Source: an uncultured Caulobacterales bacterium
GTDB lineage: Bacteria; Pseudomonadota; Alphaproteobacteria; Caulobacterales; Caulobacteraceae
Assembly (NCBI GenBank): GCA_903851655.1
Contig: CAINOV010000318.1
Coordinates: 1-52,568, forward strand
Reading direction: 5' to 3'
Length of the DNA stretch: 52,568 nt
Shown: one piece after another, positions 1-8,965 of the stretch
Layout: every line of letters begins with the position of its first letter
Position numbering within the stretch: position 1 is the stretch's first letter
The notes under the pieces: generated by a model
What the model saw: only the letters and a program-made list of their open reading frames with translations
Databases searched by the model: none
What the model was told of the DNA's origin: nothing
Translations under genes and position numbers: made by a program

Positions 1-1
1 C

Positions 2-508
2 ACGCCCAAGGACAATCCCCGGGTCGAGGCCTATGGCGACGTGGACGAGACCAACGCCTGCATCGGCCTGGTGCGCCTGCACACGGCGGACGAGGCGGAG
101 CTGGACGCCATCCTCGCCCGGATCCAGAACGAGCTGTTCGACCTCGGCGCGGACCTGGCGACGCCGGAGCGGGCGGGGCGCAGCCTCGACTATCCCGCCC
201 TGCGCATCGTGGCGTCGCAGGTGGCCCGGCTGGAGGCGGATATCGACCATCTGAACGCCGCCCTGTCGGACCTGACCTCGTTCGTCCTGCCGGCGGGATC
301 GGCGGCGGCGACGCATCTGCACCTGGCGCGCACGGTCTGCCGCCGGGCGGAGCGCAAGGTGGTGGCCCTGTCCCGGGTGGAGGGCGAGATCGTCTCGGCG
401 GACGCCGTCCGCTATCTGAACCGCCTGTCGGACTTCCTGTTCGTCGCCTCGCGCCATGCCAACCGGGGGGCGGGGGACGTGCTGTGGGTCCCGGGGGCAA
501 GCCGGTAG
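2..508 (+). CDS. PduO-type ATP:cob(I)alamin adenosyltransferase (5' end outside window)
   Basis: The frame is open from the window edge (TPKDNPRVEAYGDVDETNACIG...) and continuous with track ORF 41..508. The PRVEAYG-VDE-NA block and the LARTVCRRAER / YLNRLSD blocks are typical of the PduO/MMAB family. Confidence 0.8.
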   Translation, partial: TPKDNPRVEAYGDVDETNACIGLVRLHTADEAELDAILARIQNELFDLGADLATPERAGRSLDYPALRIVASQVARLEADIDHLNAALSDLTSFVLPAGSAAATHLHLARTVCRRAERKVVALSRVEGEIVSADAVRYLNRLSDFLFVASRHANRGAGDVLWVPGASR

Positions 509-519
509 GGGTTCGGAAC

Positions 520-606
520 GAGGTTCCCGGGTCAAGGCCGGGAATGACAGCATCTTATTGATATTATAGATTAAATCGTCATTCCCGGCCTTGGGCCGGG
601 AACCTC
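520..606. repeat. Compound inverted repeat with AT-rich centre (REP/MITE-like element or bidirectional terminator)
   Basis: Arms 522-548 (GGTTCCCGGGTCAAGGCCGGGAATGAC) and 578-604 (GTCATTCCCGGCCTTGGGCCGGGAACC) are reverse complements at 25/27 positions. Each arm also holds its own TTCCCGG..CCGGGAA hairpin. The 29-nt centre (549-577) is AT-rich. The element lies between convergent stop codons. Confidence 0.6.
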
Positions 607-620
607 CGTCAAGCAAGCTC

Positions 621-965
621 TCAGTCGATCACCCGGAACCGCCGGCTGTCGAACACCTTCAGCACCTGGGCCAGTTCGTGGCCACGGCGCATCACCACAT
701 CCCCCTGGCCGATCACGGCGAAAGCGCCCTGCTTGCGCGCCAGCTCGGGCCGCTTCTCGATGCGGTAGGCGGGCGCTTCCGACGCCCGGCGGAAAATGGC
801 GAACACCGCCGCATCCCGCCCGCCGCCAATGGCGTAGTCCCGCCACTCCCCCGCCGCCACCATCCGTCCATAGACCCGCAGGATCGCGTCCAGCTCCCGC
901 CGGTCAAAGAACACCTGCGCCGCGCGGGGGGCGTTGTCAGGGGCGGCGGCGGCGTCTGAAGCCAT
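621..965 (-). CDS. DUF2794 family protein
   Basis: This is the C-terminal 114 codons of track ORF 621..1376, starting at the ATG at 965 (MASDAAAAP...). FDRRELDAILRVYGRMVAAGEWRDYAI matches my memory of the small alphaproteobacterial DUF2794 family. The upstream part of the track ORF overlaps flhA and is not coding. Confidence 0.6.
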   Translation of the reverse strand: MASDAAAAPDNAPRAAQVFFDRRELDAILRVYGRMVAAGEWRDYAIGGGRDAAVFAIFRRASEAPAYRIEKRPELARKQGAFAVIGQGDVVMRRGHELAQVLKVFDSRRFRVID

Positions 966-1048
966 GGGCGCTCGGGCGGGCTGGAGAGAACAATCGTCCG
1001 AGGTTAGCGTATCATCCCGCGGCGCAAAGCCCGAAAATCGCGGAGACG

Positions 1049-3130
1049 TCAGATCTGACCCAGGGTCTTCAGGCGCGCCCGGGGATGGATCTCGTTCTGG
1101 CTGAGCACCGTCGTGTGGTTGCGCACACGCTCGATGATCGAGCGGACATAGGGACGGATGCCGGCGCTGGTCAGCAGGACCGGCGTCTCCCCCTGCTGCG
1201 CCGCGGCGTCGAAGGTTTCCCGCACCGCCTGGATGAAGGCCTGCAGCCGGGAGGGGGCCAGCGCCAACTGGCGGTCGTCGCCCTGGCCGACAATGGCCTC
1301 GGCGAAGGTCTGCTCCCAGTCCGGGGTCAGGGTGATGATGGGCACGGCGCCGTCGTCGGAGCGGTTCTGCCAGCACAACTGCTTGGCCAGCCGGGCGCGG
1401 ACATGTTCGACAATGGAGGTCAGGCCGGAATTCTGCCCCGCCACCTCGCCGATGCCCTCGAGGATGGTGGGCAGGTCGCGGATCGACACCCGCTCCTTCA
1501 GCAGGGCCTGCAGCACCCGCTGCACCGTGGAGGCGGACACCTGGGAGGGAACGAGGTCGTCGGCCAGCTTCTTCTGCTCCGCCGGAAGGTCGCGCAGCAG
1601 CTTCGACACCTCCGAATAGGACAGAAGTTCCGGCATGGAGTCCTTCAGGATCTCCGTCAGATGGGTGGTCAGCACGGTGGCCGGGTCGACGATGGTGTAG
1701 CCGCGGAAGGTGGCTTCCTCCCGCAGGGTCTCGTCGATCCAGGTGGCGGGCAGGCCGAAGGCGGGCTCGCGCACGTGCTGGCCCGGCAGGTCCACCTGCT
1801 GGCCCCGGGGATCCATGGCCATGATCGAGCCGATCTTCACCTCCCCGGCGCCCGCCTCCATCTCGCGGATGCGGATGGAATAGCCCTCGGTGGCCAGGCG
1901 CATGTTGTCGAGGATGCGCACGCTGGGCATGACGAAGCCGTATTCGGAGGCCAGCGTCCGCCGCAGGGCGCGGATCTGGTCGGTCAGCTTGCGCCCGTCC
2001 ACGTCGTTGATCAGGCCCAGCAGGCCATAGCCCAGCTCGATCTTCACGTCGTCCATGGCCAGCGCCGTGCTGATCGGCTCCTCCGTGTCCTCGGCGGGCT
2101 TGGCCTCGACGGGCTCGGGCGCCGGCTTCACCGTGGCGGCGCGCCAGGCGATCACGCCAGCGCCCACGGCGATCACGGCGAAGGGCAGGATGGGCATGCC
2201 CGGGATCAGCCCCAGCACGCCGGCGGACCCGGAGACGATGCCCATGCTCACCGGATTGCGGGCGAGCTGGAGGGTGAGCGCCTTGTCGGCGGAGCCCTCG
2301 ACCCCGGACTTGGACACCAAGAGACCCGCGGCGATGGAGATGACCAGGGCCGGCACCTGGCTGACCAGGCCCTCGCCGATGGACAGGACCGTATAGCTGG
2401 AGGCCGCGGTCTGGAAGCTGACATGATGCTGCACCACGCCGATCAGCATGCCGCCGATGACGTTGATGGCGGTGATGATGATGCCGGCCATGGCGTCGCC
2501 GCGGACGAACTTGGAGGCGCCGTCCATGGCCCCGAAGAACTGGGACTCCTGCTCCAGCTCCTTGCGGCGGCGCTTGGCCTCCTTGTCGTCGATCAGGCCG
2601 GAGGACAGGTCGGCGTCGATGGCCATCTGCTTGCCGGGCATGGAGTCGAGGGTGAAGCGGGCGGCCACCTCGGCGATCCGGGTCGAGCCCTTGGTGATCA
2701 CCACGAAGTTGACGATCACCAGGATGATGAACACCACCACCCCGATCACGTAGTTGCCGCCCATCATCAGCTGGCCGAAGCCCTGGATGATCATCCCCGC
2801 CGGATCGCCGCCCTCGTGTCCGTGGGTCAGGATCAGCCGGGTGGAGGCGATGTTCAGGCCGAGACGGTAGAGGGTCGCCACCAGCAGCACGGTGGGAAAG
2901 GCCGTGAACTCCAGCGGCTTCTTGATCAGCAGCGCCGTCATCAGGATGAGCACGGCGCTCATCAGGGACAGGGACAGAAGGACGTCGATGATCGGGGCTG
3001 CAATGGGCAGCACCAGCAGCAGCACGATGCCCATGACGCCCAGCGCCATGGCCACGTCGCCGCGCGCCAGCCAGCTGAGCATCAGCTGGGGCGTGAGGCG
3101 AAGGGGAGCGGGGGCTGCGACGCCGGCCAA
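1049..3130 (-). CDS. flhA: Flagellar export apparatus protein FlhA
   Basis: 693 aa with an N-terminal polytopic membrane domain. Shows the FHIPEP signature region (ITKGSTRIAEVAARFTLDSMPGKQMAIDADL) and a cytoplasmic C-terminal domain. The TTG start is preceded by GGAG. Confidence 0.95.
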   Translation of the reverse strand: MAGVAAPAPLRLTPQLMLSWLARGDVAMALGVMGIVLLLVLPIAAPIIDVLLSLSLMSAVLILMTALLIKKPLEFTAFPTVLLVATLYRLGLNIASTRLILTHGHEGGDPAGMIIQGFGQLMMGGNYVIGVVVFIILVIVNFVVITKGSTRIAEVAARFTLDSMPGKQMAIDADLSSGLIDDKEAKRRRKELEQESQFFGAMDGASKFVRGDAMAGIIITAINVIGGMLIGVVQHHVSFQTAASSYTVLSIGEGLVSQVPALVISIAAGLLVSKSGVEGSADKALTLQLARNPVSMGIVSGSAGVLGLIPGMPILPFAVIAVGAGVIAWRAATVKPAPEPVEAKPAEDTEEPISTALAMDDVKIELGYGLLGLINDVDGRKLTDQIRALRRTLASEYGFVMPSVRILDNMRLATEGYSIRIREMEAGAGEVKIGSIMAMDPRGQQVDLPGQHVREPAFGLPATWIDETLREEATFRGYTIVDPATVLTTHLTEILKDSMPELLSYSEVSKLLRDLPAEQKKLADDLVPSQVSASTVQRVLQALLKERVSIRDLPTILEGIGEVAGQNSGLTSIVEHVRARLAKQLCWQNRSDDGAVPIITLTPDWEQTFAEAIVGQGDDRQLALAPSRLQAFIQAVRETFDAAAQQGETPVLLTSAGIRPYVRSIIERVRNHTTVLSQNEIHPRARLKTLGQI

Positions 3131-3153
3131 GGAAACCTACTCCTGCAGGGGGA

Positions 3154-4542
3154 TCAGGCGGCGTAGACGCCGGACCCGTGGGCGGCGGGGACCGTGACGC
3201 CGGCCTCGGCGTATTCCTTCAGCTTGTTGCGCAGCGTCCGGATGGAGATGCCGAGGATGTTGGCGGCATGGGTCCGGTTGCCGAAGCAGTGCTCCAGGGT
3301 GTCGATGATCAGCTGCTGCTCCACCTGGGCCACGGTCTGGCCGACCAGGCCGCGGGTGCTGAGATCGCCCACCTGGCCCGACGCCAGGGCCGCGCGCTGG
3401 GCCGCCTCCGCCGCCGGATCACGGCCGCCGGCGGACAGGGGCTGGCCGTCCGGCAGGCGGATGGCGGCCTCGTCGATCTCCGGTCCCACGGCCAGCAGCA
3501 CGGCGCGGTGCATGGCGTTCTCCAGCTCCCGCACATTGCCGGGCCAGCTGTGCTGGCGCAGGCGCTCCCGCGTGGTGGGGGCCAGCGGGCGCTCCGCAAT
3601 CCCGTTGGCGGCGGCGTATTTCTTGGCGAAGTGCTCGGCGAGCGCCAGGATGTCCGCCGGACGCTCCCGCAGGGCGGGCAGGCGCAGATTGACCACGTTG
3701 AGGCGGTACAGCAGGTCCTCGCGGAAGGTCCCCTCCTTCACCGCCTGGGCCAGGTCCCGGTTCGACGTGGCCAGGATGCGGATGTTCACCTTCACCGGCT
3801 TCTGGCCGCCGACCCGGTCGATCTCCCGCTCCTGGATGGCGCGGAGCAGCTTGGCCTGCAGCCGGGCGTCCATCTCCGAGATCTCGTCCAGCAGCAGGGT
3901 TCCGCCGTCCGCCTCCTCGAACTTGCCGACCCGCCGGGCCACGGCGCCGGTGAAAGCGCCCTTCTCGTGCCCGAACAGCTCGGACTCCAGCAGGTTGTCC
4001 GGGATGGCGGCGCAGTTGACCGAGATGAACGGCTTGTCGGCGCGGCGGGACTTCTGGTGGATGTACCGGGCCATCACCTCCTTGCCGACGCCGCTCTCGC
4101 CGGTGATCAGGATCGACGCCTCGGACGGCGCCACCTGGTCCGCCAGCTTGATCACCTGCTCCATGGACGGATCGCGGGTGACCAGCGGGCGCTGGTCATT
4201 GGAGACCGCCGCCAGCACCGCGGCGATCAGCTCCGGATCCGGCGGCAAGGGGATGAACTCCTTGGCCCCGGCGCGGATGGCGTCCGCCGCCCGCTGGGGG
4301 TCCGCCGCCACGCCGCAGGCCACCACCGGGCAGAAGATCCGCTCGGCGTTGTTGGCCGCGATCAGACCGGCGATGTCCAGGTCGTAGTCGACCATCATCA
4401 GGTCCGCCCCCTGCCCTGCGCGCAGGGCGTGGGTCGCCTGGACGATGGTCTCGACGTGAGCCACCTTGGCCCCCGTGGACATGGCCATCTTCACCGCCGC
4501 CGCCAGCTGTCCGTTCAGCCGGCCGACTACCAGAAGCCGCAT
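3154..4542 (-). CDS. flbD: Sigma-54-dependent flagellar transcriptional regulator FlbD
   Basis: Starts MRLLVVG at 4542 behind AAGGAGAACGG. Has a receiver-like N-terminus and an AAA+ core with GESGVGKE and GAFTGA. A C-terminal Fis-type HTH is present (ANILGISIRTLRNKLKEY). It sits between fliN and flhA as in the Caulobacter fliF operon. Confidence 0.85.
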   Translation of the reverse strand: MRLLVVGRLNGQLAAAVKMAMSTGAKVAHVETIVQATHALRAGQGADLMMVDYDLDIAGLIAANNAERIFCPVVACGVAADPQRAADAIRAGAKEFIPLPPDPELIAAVLAAVSNDQRPLVTRDPSMEQVIKLADQVAPSEASILITGESGVGKEVMARYIHQKSRRADKPFISVNCAAIPDNLLESELFGHEKGAFTGAVARRVGKFEEADGGTLLLDEISEMDARLQAKLLRAIQEREIDRVGGQKPVKVNIRILATSNRDLAQAVKEGTFREDLLYRLNVVNLRLPALRERPADILALAEHFAKKYAAANGIAERPLAPTTRERLRQHSWPGNVRELENAMHRAVLLAVGPEIDEAAIRLPDGQPLSAGGRDPAAEAAQRAALASGQVGDLSTRGLVGQTVAQVEQQLIIDTLEHCFGNRTHAANILGISIRTLRNKLKEYAEAGVTVPAAHGSGVYAA

Positions 4543-4582
4543 GATCCGTTCTCCTTGCCTCTTATCGCCACCGGTCGCCACA

Positions 4583-4915
4583 TCAGGCGTTGGTGTCGCC
4601 GTCCTTGATGATTTCCGTCATGGTCACGCCGAGCCGCTCGTCGACGACGACGACCTCGCCCCGGGCCACCAGCCGGTTGTTCACATAGATGTCGATCGCC
4701 TCGCCGACCTTGCGGTCCAGCTCCAGCACGCTGCCCTGGTTGAGCTTCAGGAGCTCCGCCACGGACATGGTGGTCTTGCCGATCACCGCGGAGATCTGCA
4801 CCGGCACGTCGAACACCGGCGCCAGGTCGTGGGCGGTCTTTTCCTCGAAGTCCTCCTGCGGCGGCTGGGCCGTCGGCGCGTTGAACTGTTCGAGGTTGAG
4901 GGTTTCGTCGCTCAT
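4583..4915 (-). CDS. fliN: Flagellar motor switch protein FliN
   Basis: 110 aa with the SpoA-type C-terminal block LELDRKVGEAIDIYVNNRLVARGEVVVVDERLGV. Confidence 0.9.
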   Translation of the reverse strand: MSDETLNLEQFNAPTAQPPQEDFEEKTAHDLAPVFDVPVQISAVIGKTTMSVAELLKLNQGSVLELDRKVGEAIDIYVNNRLVARGEVVVVDERLGVTMTEIIKDGDTNA

Positions 4916-4917
4916 GG

Positions 4918-5574
4918 TCAGGATACCTGTTCGAGGACAATCGGTTCACCGTGCAGACCCTCGGCCGCCAGGGCGGTGGCGAGGGCGTCGGCCACGGCGG
5001 CGTCGGCCGTGACCGGATCGAACTGGGCCTTGCCGTCGCCCCAGTCGAAGCCGAAGGCGGCCCGCGGCAGGGCGGGATCCGACCGGACCACGATCTGACA
5101 GGTCAGGCCGATCCGCTCGGCGGCGGCGGTGAGGAGATCGGCCAGCCGTTCCGCATCCTCCGCCGGCGCGCGCACCAGCAGCCGCGGCTCTGAAGCCAGC
5201 TCCTGGGACAGGGCGGCCAGCGCCGCCTCCACGGGCGCCTGCGGGAACTGGTCCAGCGCCGCATTGGCGATGCGCCGGGCGCAGGCCAGGGACAGGTCGG
5301 CGCTGGCGCCGCGGTGCTCCTGCACCCTCTCGGCGAGGGCGCCCATGGCCTGGCGCACCGCCGCGGCAATGTCGGCCAGGGTTGCGGCCATGGCCGCTTC
5401 GGACTGGGCGACGGCCGACCGCTCGCCCTCGGCGCGGCCCTCCGCCCGGGCCTGCTCCAGGTCCTCGGCGGTGAAATGGCGCTTGGCCCGGCTCGACGGC
5501 ACGACGGCGCCGTTGTCGAACACCGTGTCGAACAAGAACTTTGCGGGGATCTGGGCGGGGACGTTCTGGGTCAT
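4918..5574 (-). CDS. fliH: FliH/FlbE-like flagellar assembly protein
   Basis: 218 aa, Ala/Glu-rich coiled N-terminal half (EQARAEGRAEGE). The position between fliG and fliN matches the Caulobacter fliF-fliG-flbE-fliN-flbD order. The call rests on context more than on sequence. Confidence 0.6.
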   Translation of the reverse strand: MTQNVPAQIPAKFLFDTVFDNGAVVPSSRAKRHFTAEDLEQARAEGRAEGERSAVAQSEAAMAATLADIAAAVRQAMGALAERVQEHRGASADLSLACARRIANAALDQFPQAPVEAALAALSQELASEPRLLVRAPAEDAERLADLLTAAAERIGLTCQIVVRSDPALPRAAFGFDWGDGKAQFDPVTADAAVADALATALAAEGLHGEPIVLEQVS

Positions 5575-5575
5575 G

Positions 5576-6607
5576 TCAGTAGATCAGCTCGTCGTCGCCG
5601 CCGGACCCGGCCAGCATGATCTCGCCCTTGGCGGCCAGGTCCTTGGCCACCTGGACCATGGCCATCTGGGCCTGGTCCACATCCTTCAGCCGCACCGGGC
5701 CCATGCTTTCCATGTCCTCGCGCATGATCTTGGCCGCACGCTCGCTCATGTTGGAGAAGAACATCTCCCGCAGGCTGTCCGACGCGCCCTTCAGCGCCAG
5801 GCCCAGCTGGTCCTTCTCCACGGCGCGCAGCAGGGTCTGGACCCCGCCGGGATCGAGCTTGGACAGGTCCTCGAACACGAACATCAGGGCGCGGATGCGC
5901 TCGGCGGACTCGCGGTTGCGCTCTTCCAGGGCGGCGATGAAGCGGCTCTCGGTCTGGCGGTCGAAATTGTTGAAGATGTCCGCCATCATCTCGTGGCTGT
6001 CGCGCTTGGAGGTGCGGGCCAGGTTGGACATGAACTCGGTGCGCAGGGTCTGCTCGATCTTGTCGAGAATGTCCCGCTGCACGGGCTCCATCCGCAGCAT
6101 GCGGGTCACGCACTCCAGGGCGAAGTCCTCCGGCAGGGCCGACAGCACCCGCGAGGCGTGCTCCGCCTTGATCTTGGACAGCACCACGGCGACCGTCTGC
6201 GGGTATTCGTTCTTCAGGTAGTTGGCGAGCACCGCCTCGTTCACATTGCCGAGCTTGTCCCACATGGTGCGACCCGCCGGACCGCGGATCTCCTCCATCA
6301 GGTGCTCGACCTTCTCCGGGGGGAGGAAGGCGGTCAGCAGGCGCTGGGTCTGCTCGAACGAGCCCATGATCGCCCCGGTGGACGACATGCCCGAGACGAA
6401 CTCCACCAGCAGGGATTCCACGACGGCCGACGACACCGTGCCGAGGCTGGACATGGCCTGGGAGATCTCCTTGATCTCCTCGTCGTCCAGGGCCTCCCAC
6501 AGGCCGGCGTGATCCTCGCCCAGCGCCAATAGCACCACCGCGGCCTTCTCGACCCCGGACAGCTTGCTGGCGTCATCGATCGCCGCTTTTTTACGGAGCG
6601 CAGCCAT
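5576..6607 (-). CDS. fliG: Flagellar motor switch protein FliG
   Basis: 343 aa. [15 protein letters not shown], the MFVFEDL block and the C-terminal torque-helix region are typical FliG. Its ATG overlaps the fliF stop. Confidence 0.95.
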   Translation of the reverse strand: MAALRKKAAIDDASKLSGVEKAAVVLLALGEDHAGLWEALDDEEIKEISQAMSSLGTVSSAVVESLLVEFVSGMSSTGAIMGSFEQTQRLLTAFLPPEKVEHLMEEIRGPAGRTMWDKLGNVNEAVLANYLKNEYPQTVAVVLSKIKAEHASRVLSALPEDFALECVTRMLRMEPVQRDILDKIEQTLRTEFMSNLARTSKRDSHEMMADIFNNFDRQTESRFIAALEERNRESAERIRALMFVFEDLSKLDPGGVQTLLRAVEKDQLGLALKGASDSLREMFFSNMSERAAKIMREDMESMGPVRLKDVDQAQMAMVQVAKDLAAKGEIMLAGSGGDDELIY

Positions 6608-8244
6608 CAGCCCTCATGCAGCCAGCTCCGGAGGATCGAGATCGATTCCTCCGGATGGTTTTCAATGAATTCCGAGACCTTTTTGACCGATGAAACCTTA
6701 ACCTGGCCTTCGATCTTGGCGATATCGATGCGCTGGTCGAACTGGTTGTCGGCCACCGCCATGCGCTGACCGCTGGCGTCCATCGCCGTGGCGGGGGTGA
6801 CGCCGTCCGCGCCGGCGGAACCGGCCAGCTGCATCGGGCGGCCGTTCAGGGTCGCCGCCCCGCCGGGACCGACCACGACGCCGGGGCGCAGCATCGGCCG
6901 CACCACGAAGAACATGAGGAGGCCGGTCACCACCAGCATCACCGCCAGCTCCGCAATCCGCATGATGTCGCCCTTGTCCAGGCTGAAGCCCGAGGCGGTG
7001 CCCTGGGCGTCCGGCGCCCGCTCGAAGCGGACATTCACCACCTGAAGCTGGTCGCCGCGCTTTTCGTCGAAGCCGACGGCGGCGCGGACCAGGGCGTCGA
7101 TCCGCTGCATCTCCTCGGCGGAGCGGGCCTGGTAGGGACCCGGCTTGCCATTGGCCCCCACCGGGGTGACGCCGTCGACGGCCACCGACACCGACAACTT
7201 CTTCAGCTGTCCGGGCTCGACCACCGTGGTCTTCACCGACTTGGAGATCTCGTAATTGGTGGTTTCCTCGGTCTTGTTGGACGCGGTGGTCTGCTGCTGC
7301 GAGCCATTGGTGTTTTGCGCGCCGGGGATGTTCTGCGAAGCGGTCACTCCGCCGAGGCCGGAGGGCTTGTCCTCCTTGTTCGTGTCGCTGCCCGTCGCCG
7401 TGGAGCGGACCACCTGGCCATCGGGGTCGAACTTCTCCTCCTGGGTGGTGACGCGGCTCTTGTCCAGGTCGGCGGCCACCGTCACCCGCACCTTGCCAGG
7501 GCCGACAACCCCCTCCACCAGATCGCGGACCTGGCGCTTGATCCGCTCCTCCACGTCGTTCTGCTCGGCGGACACCGCGCCCCCGGCGGCGCCGGGATCG
7601 TCCATCCCCGCCAGCATGGCGCCGGTCTGGTCGGTGATCGCCACCCGGGTCGGCTTCAGGTTCGGCGTCGCCGCCGCCACCAGGTTGCGGATGGCGCGAA
7701 CCTGGTCGGAGCTCAGCTTGCGGCCGGCGGTCTCCACCATCACCGAGGCGGAAGGCTCGTCCTGGTCCTGCTCGAACAGGGCGCGCTTGGGAATGTTCAG
7801 CAGCACCTTGGCCTGGCTGACCCCCTGGATCGAGCGAATCGTGCGGGCCAGCTCGCCCTCCGCCGCCCGCTTGGCGTTGATGTTCTGCACGAAGTCGGTC
7901 TGGCCCAGCGCAGGCGCGCTGTCGAAGATCTCGTAGCCTACCGAACCGGAGGTGGGCAGGCCCTTGCCCGACAACATCACCCGGGTCTGGGCCACCTTGT
8001 CCTGGTCGACCAGGATCGTCGTCCCGTCGCCCTTGACCTCGTACTTGATGCCCGCGGCGTCGAGGGCGCCGGTGATCTGCGACGCCTCCTTCAGATCAAG
8101 GTTTGAATACAAGAGGGATTTCGCGTCGCCGCCCACATGGGTCATCAGCATGACGAGCACGGCGACCAGCCCGAAGGCCGACCCCGCGATCGCCGCCAAA
8201 CGCCCCACGCCGAAGCGTTCCAACGCCTTGAAGAAACCCTGCAC
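6607..8244 (-). CDS. fliF: Flagellar MS-ring protein FliF
   Basis: YscJ/FliF family blocks, two TM segments and a Ser/Thr/Gln-rich central region. The track ORF begins at GTG 8283. I prefer GTG 8244 ([18 protein letters not shown]...) because GAGGTG lies 5 nt upstream. Confidence 0.9.
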   Translation of the reverse strand: MQGFFKALERFGVGRLAAIAGSAFGLVAVLVMLMTHVGGDAKSLLYSNLDLKEASQITGALDAAGIKYEVKGDGTTILVDQDKVAQTRVMLSGKGLPTSGSVGYEIFDSAPALGQTDFVQNINAKRAAEGELARTIRSIQGVSQAKVLLNIPKRALFEQDQDEPSASVMVETAGRKLSSDQVRAIRNLVAAATPNLKPTRVAITDQTGAMLAGMDDPGAAGGAVSAEQNDVEERIKRQVRDLVEGVVGPGKVRVTVAADLDKSRVTTQEEKFDPDGQVVRSTATGSDTNKEDKPSGLGGVTASQNIPGAQNTNGSQQQTTASNKTEETTNYEISKSVKTTVVEPGQLKKLSVSVAVDGVTPVGANGKPGPYQARSAEEMQRIDALVRAAVGFDEKRGDQLQVVNVRFERAPDAQGTASGFSLDKGDIMRIAELAVMLVVTGLLMFFVVRPMLRPGVVVGPGGAATLNGRPMQLAGSAGADGVTPATAMDASGQRMAVADNQFDQRIDIAKIEGQVKVSSVKKVSEFIENHPEESISILRSWLHEG

Positions 8245-8313
8245 ACCCACCTCGCCCAGATGACGGGAGCATCTCGACCCCACCCCGGTAGGCAGGAATT
8301 ACCGGGTGTCTGG

Positions 8314-8328
8314 TAAATGGGACTTTAA
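8314..8328 (-). promoter_or_regulatory. Near-consensus CtrA-type box upstream of fliF (TTAA-N7-TTTA on the minus strand)
   Basis: The plus strand reads TAAATGGGACTTTAA. This is one mismatch from TTAA-N7-TTAA, 70-84 nt upstream of the preferred fliF start. TTAA is rare in this GC-rich DNA. Confidence 0.3.
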
Positions 8329-8517
8329 TGCGCCGCCCCGGAAGGGCCTCATTCGTAAACATTTCCAAACGAACGCCCCGGCAAAAGAGGGGGGCAAGAG
8401 TGGGGCGCGCGGGAAGGTGCGGACACAACAACGCCCCGCCGCGGGAACGGCGAGGCGTGGTCGATGGTCCGGACCGGATGGGCGGTCCCGGCGGCGGACC
8501 GCCGGCCTCGCATCGGC

Positions 8518-8802
8518 CTATTCGCGGTACTGCTGGATCCGCGTCGTGCGCAGACCCGCAAGCCCATGCTTGTCGATCGCCTGCTGCCAGGCGATGAACT
8601 CTTCATTCGTGAGCTTGTAGCGCTCACAGGCGTCGTCGAACGTCAGCAGACCGCCGCGCACCGCCGCCACCACCTCGGCCTTGCGCCGGATCACCCATCG
8701 CTGGGTGTTCACCGGCGGAAGGTCGGCCAGGGTCAACGGAGCGCCCGTCGGGCCGATCACGTACTTCTCGCCTTTGTTATTCAGGCGTTGTTGCTGCAAC
8801 AT
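8518..8802 (-). CDS. sciP: DUF1153 helix-turn-helix protein, SciP-like CtrA inhibitor
   Basis: 94 aa. KYVIGPTGAPLTLADLPPVNTQRWVIRRKAEVVAAVRGGLL...GLAGLRTTRIQQYR matches my memory of Caulobacter SciP (DUF1153). It has the same position between the fliF operon and flgE. Confidence 0.7.
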   Translation of the reverse strand: MLQQQRLNNKGEKYVIGPTGAPLTLADLPPVNTQRWVIRRKAEVVAAVRGGLLTFDDACERYKLTNEEFIAWQQAIDKHGLAGLRTTRIQQYRE

Positions 8803-8852
8803 GGCTTGTAAGCCTTCCCATCACCAATGAGCAGCACACTATCGAACACCAC

Positions 8853-8867
8853 ATAACATCGGCTTAA
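8853..8867 (-). promoter_or_regulatory. Near-consensus CtrA-type box upstream of the sciP-like gene
   Basis: ATAACATCGGCTTAA (ATAA-N7-TTAA, one mismatch), 51-65 nt upstream of the ATG at 8802 and inside a roughly 41% GC island. Confidence 0.3.
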
Positions 8868-8965
8868 TTCGAATAGTAAAAATTGAATGACCATTCGCGT
8901 GTCTTTCTGATACACTTTAAGCCGACATGTGAACGAGGCGTAAATACAAGGCATTCGCTCAGATA

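Noticed and set aside
1085-3166. 693-aa plus-strand ORF exactly mirroring flhA. Similar long antisense ORFs include 3178..4608, 5129..6532, 7315..8106, 15211..16263, 16531..18222, 18215..19909 (except its last 80 codons), 19999..21192, 21195..22697, 37578..39299 and 41870..43132.
   Set aside because: Their products are Arg/Gly/Pro/His-rich with no recognisable motifs. Each lies opposite a gene with clear family signatures. Stop-free antisense frames are expected in DNA of this GC content.
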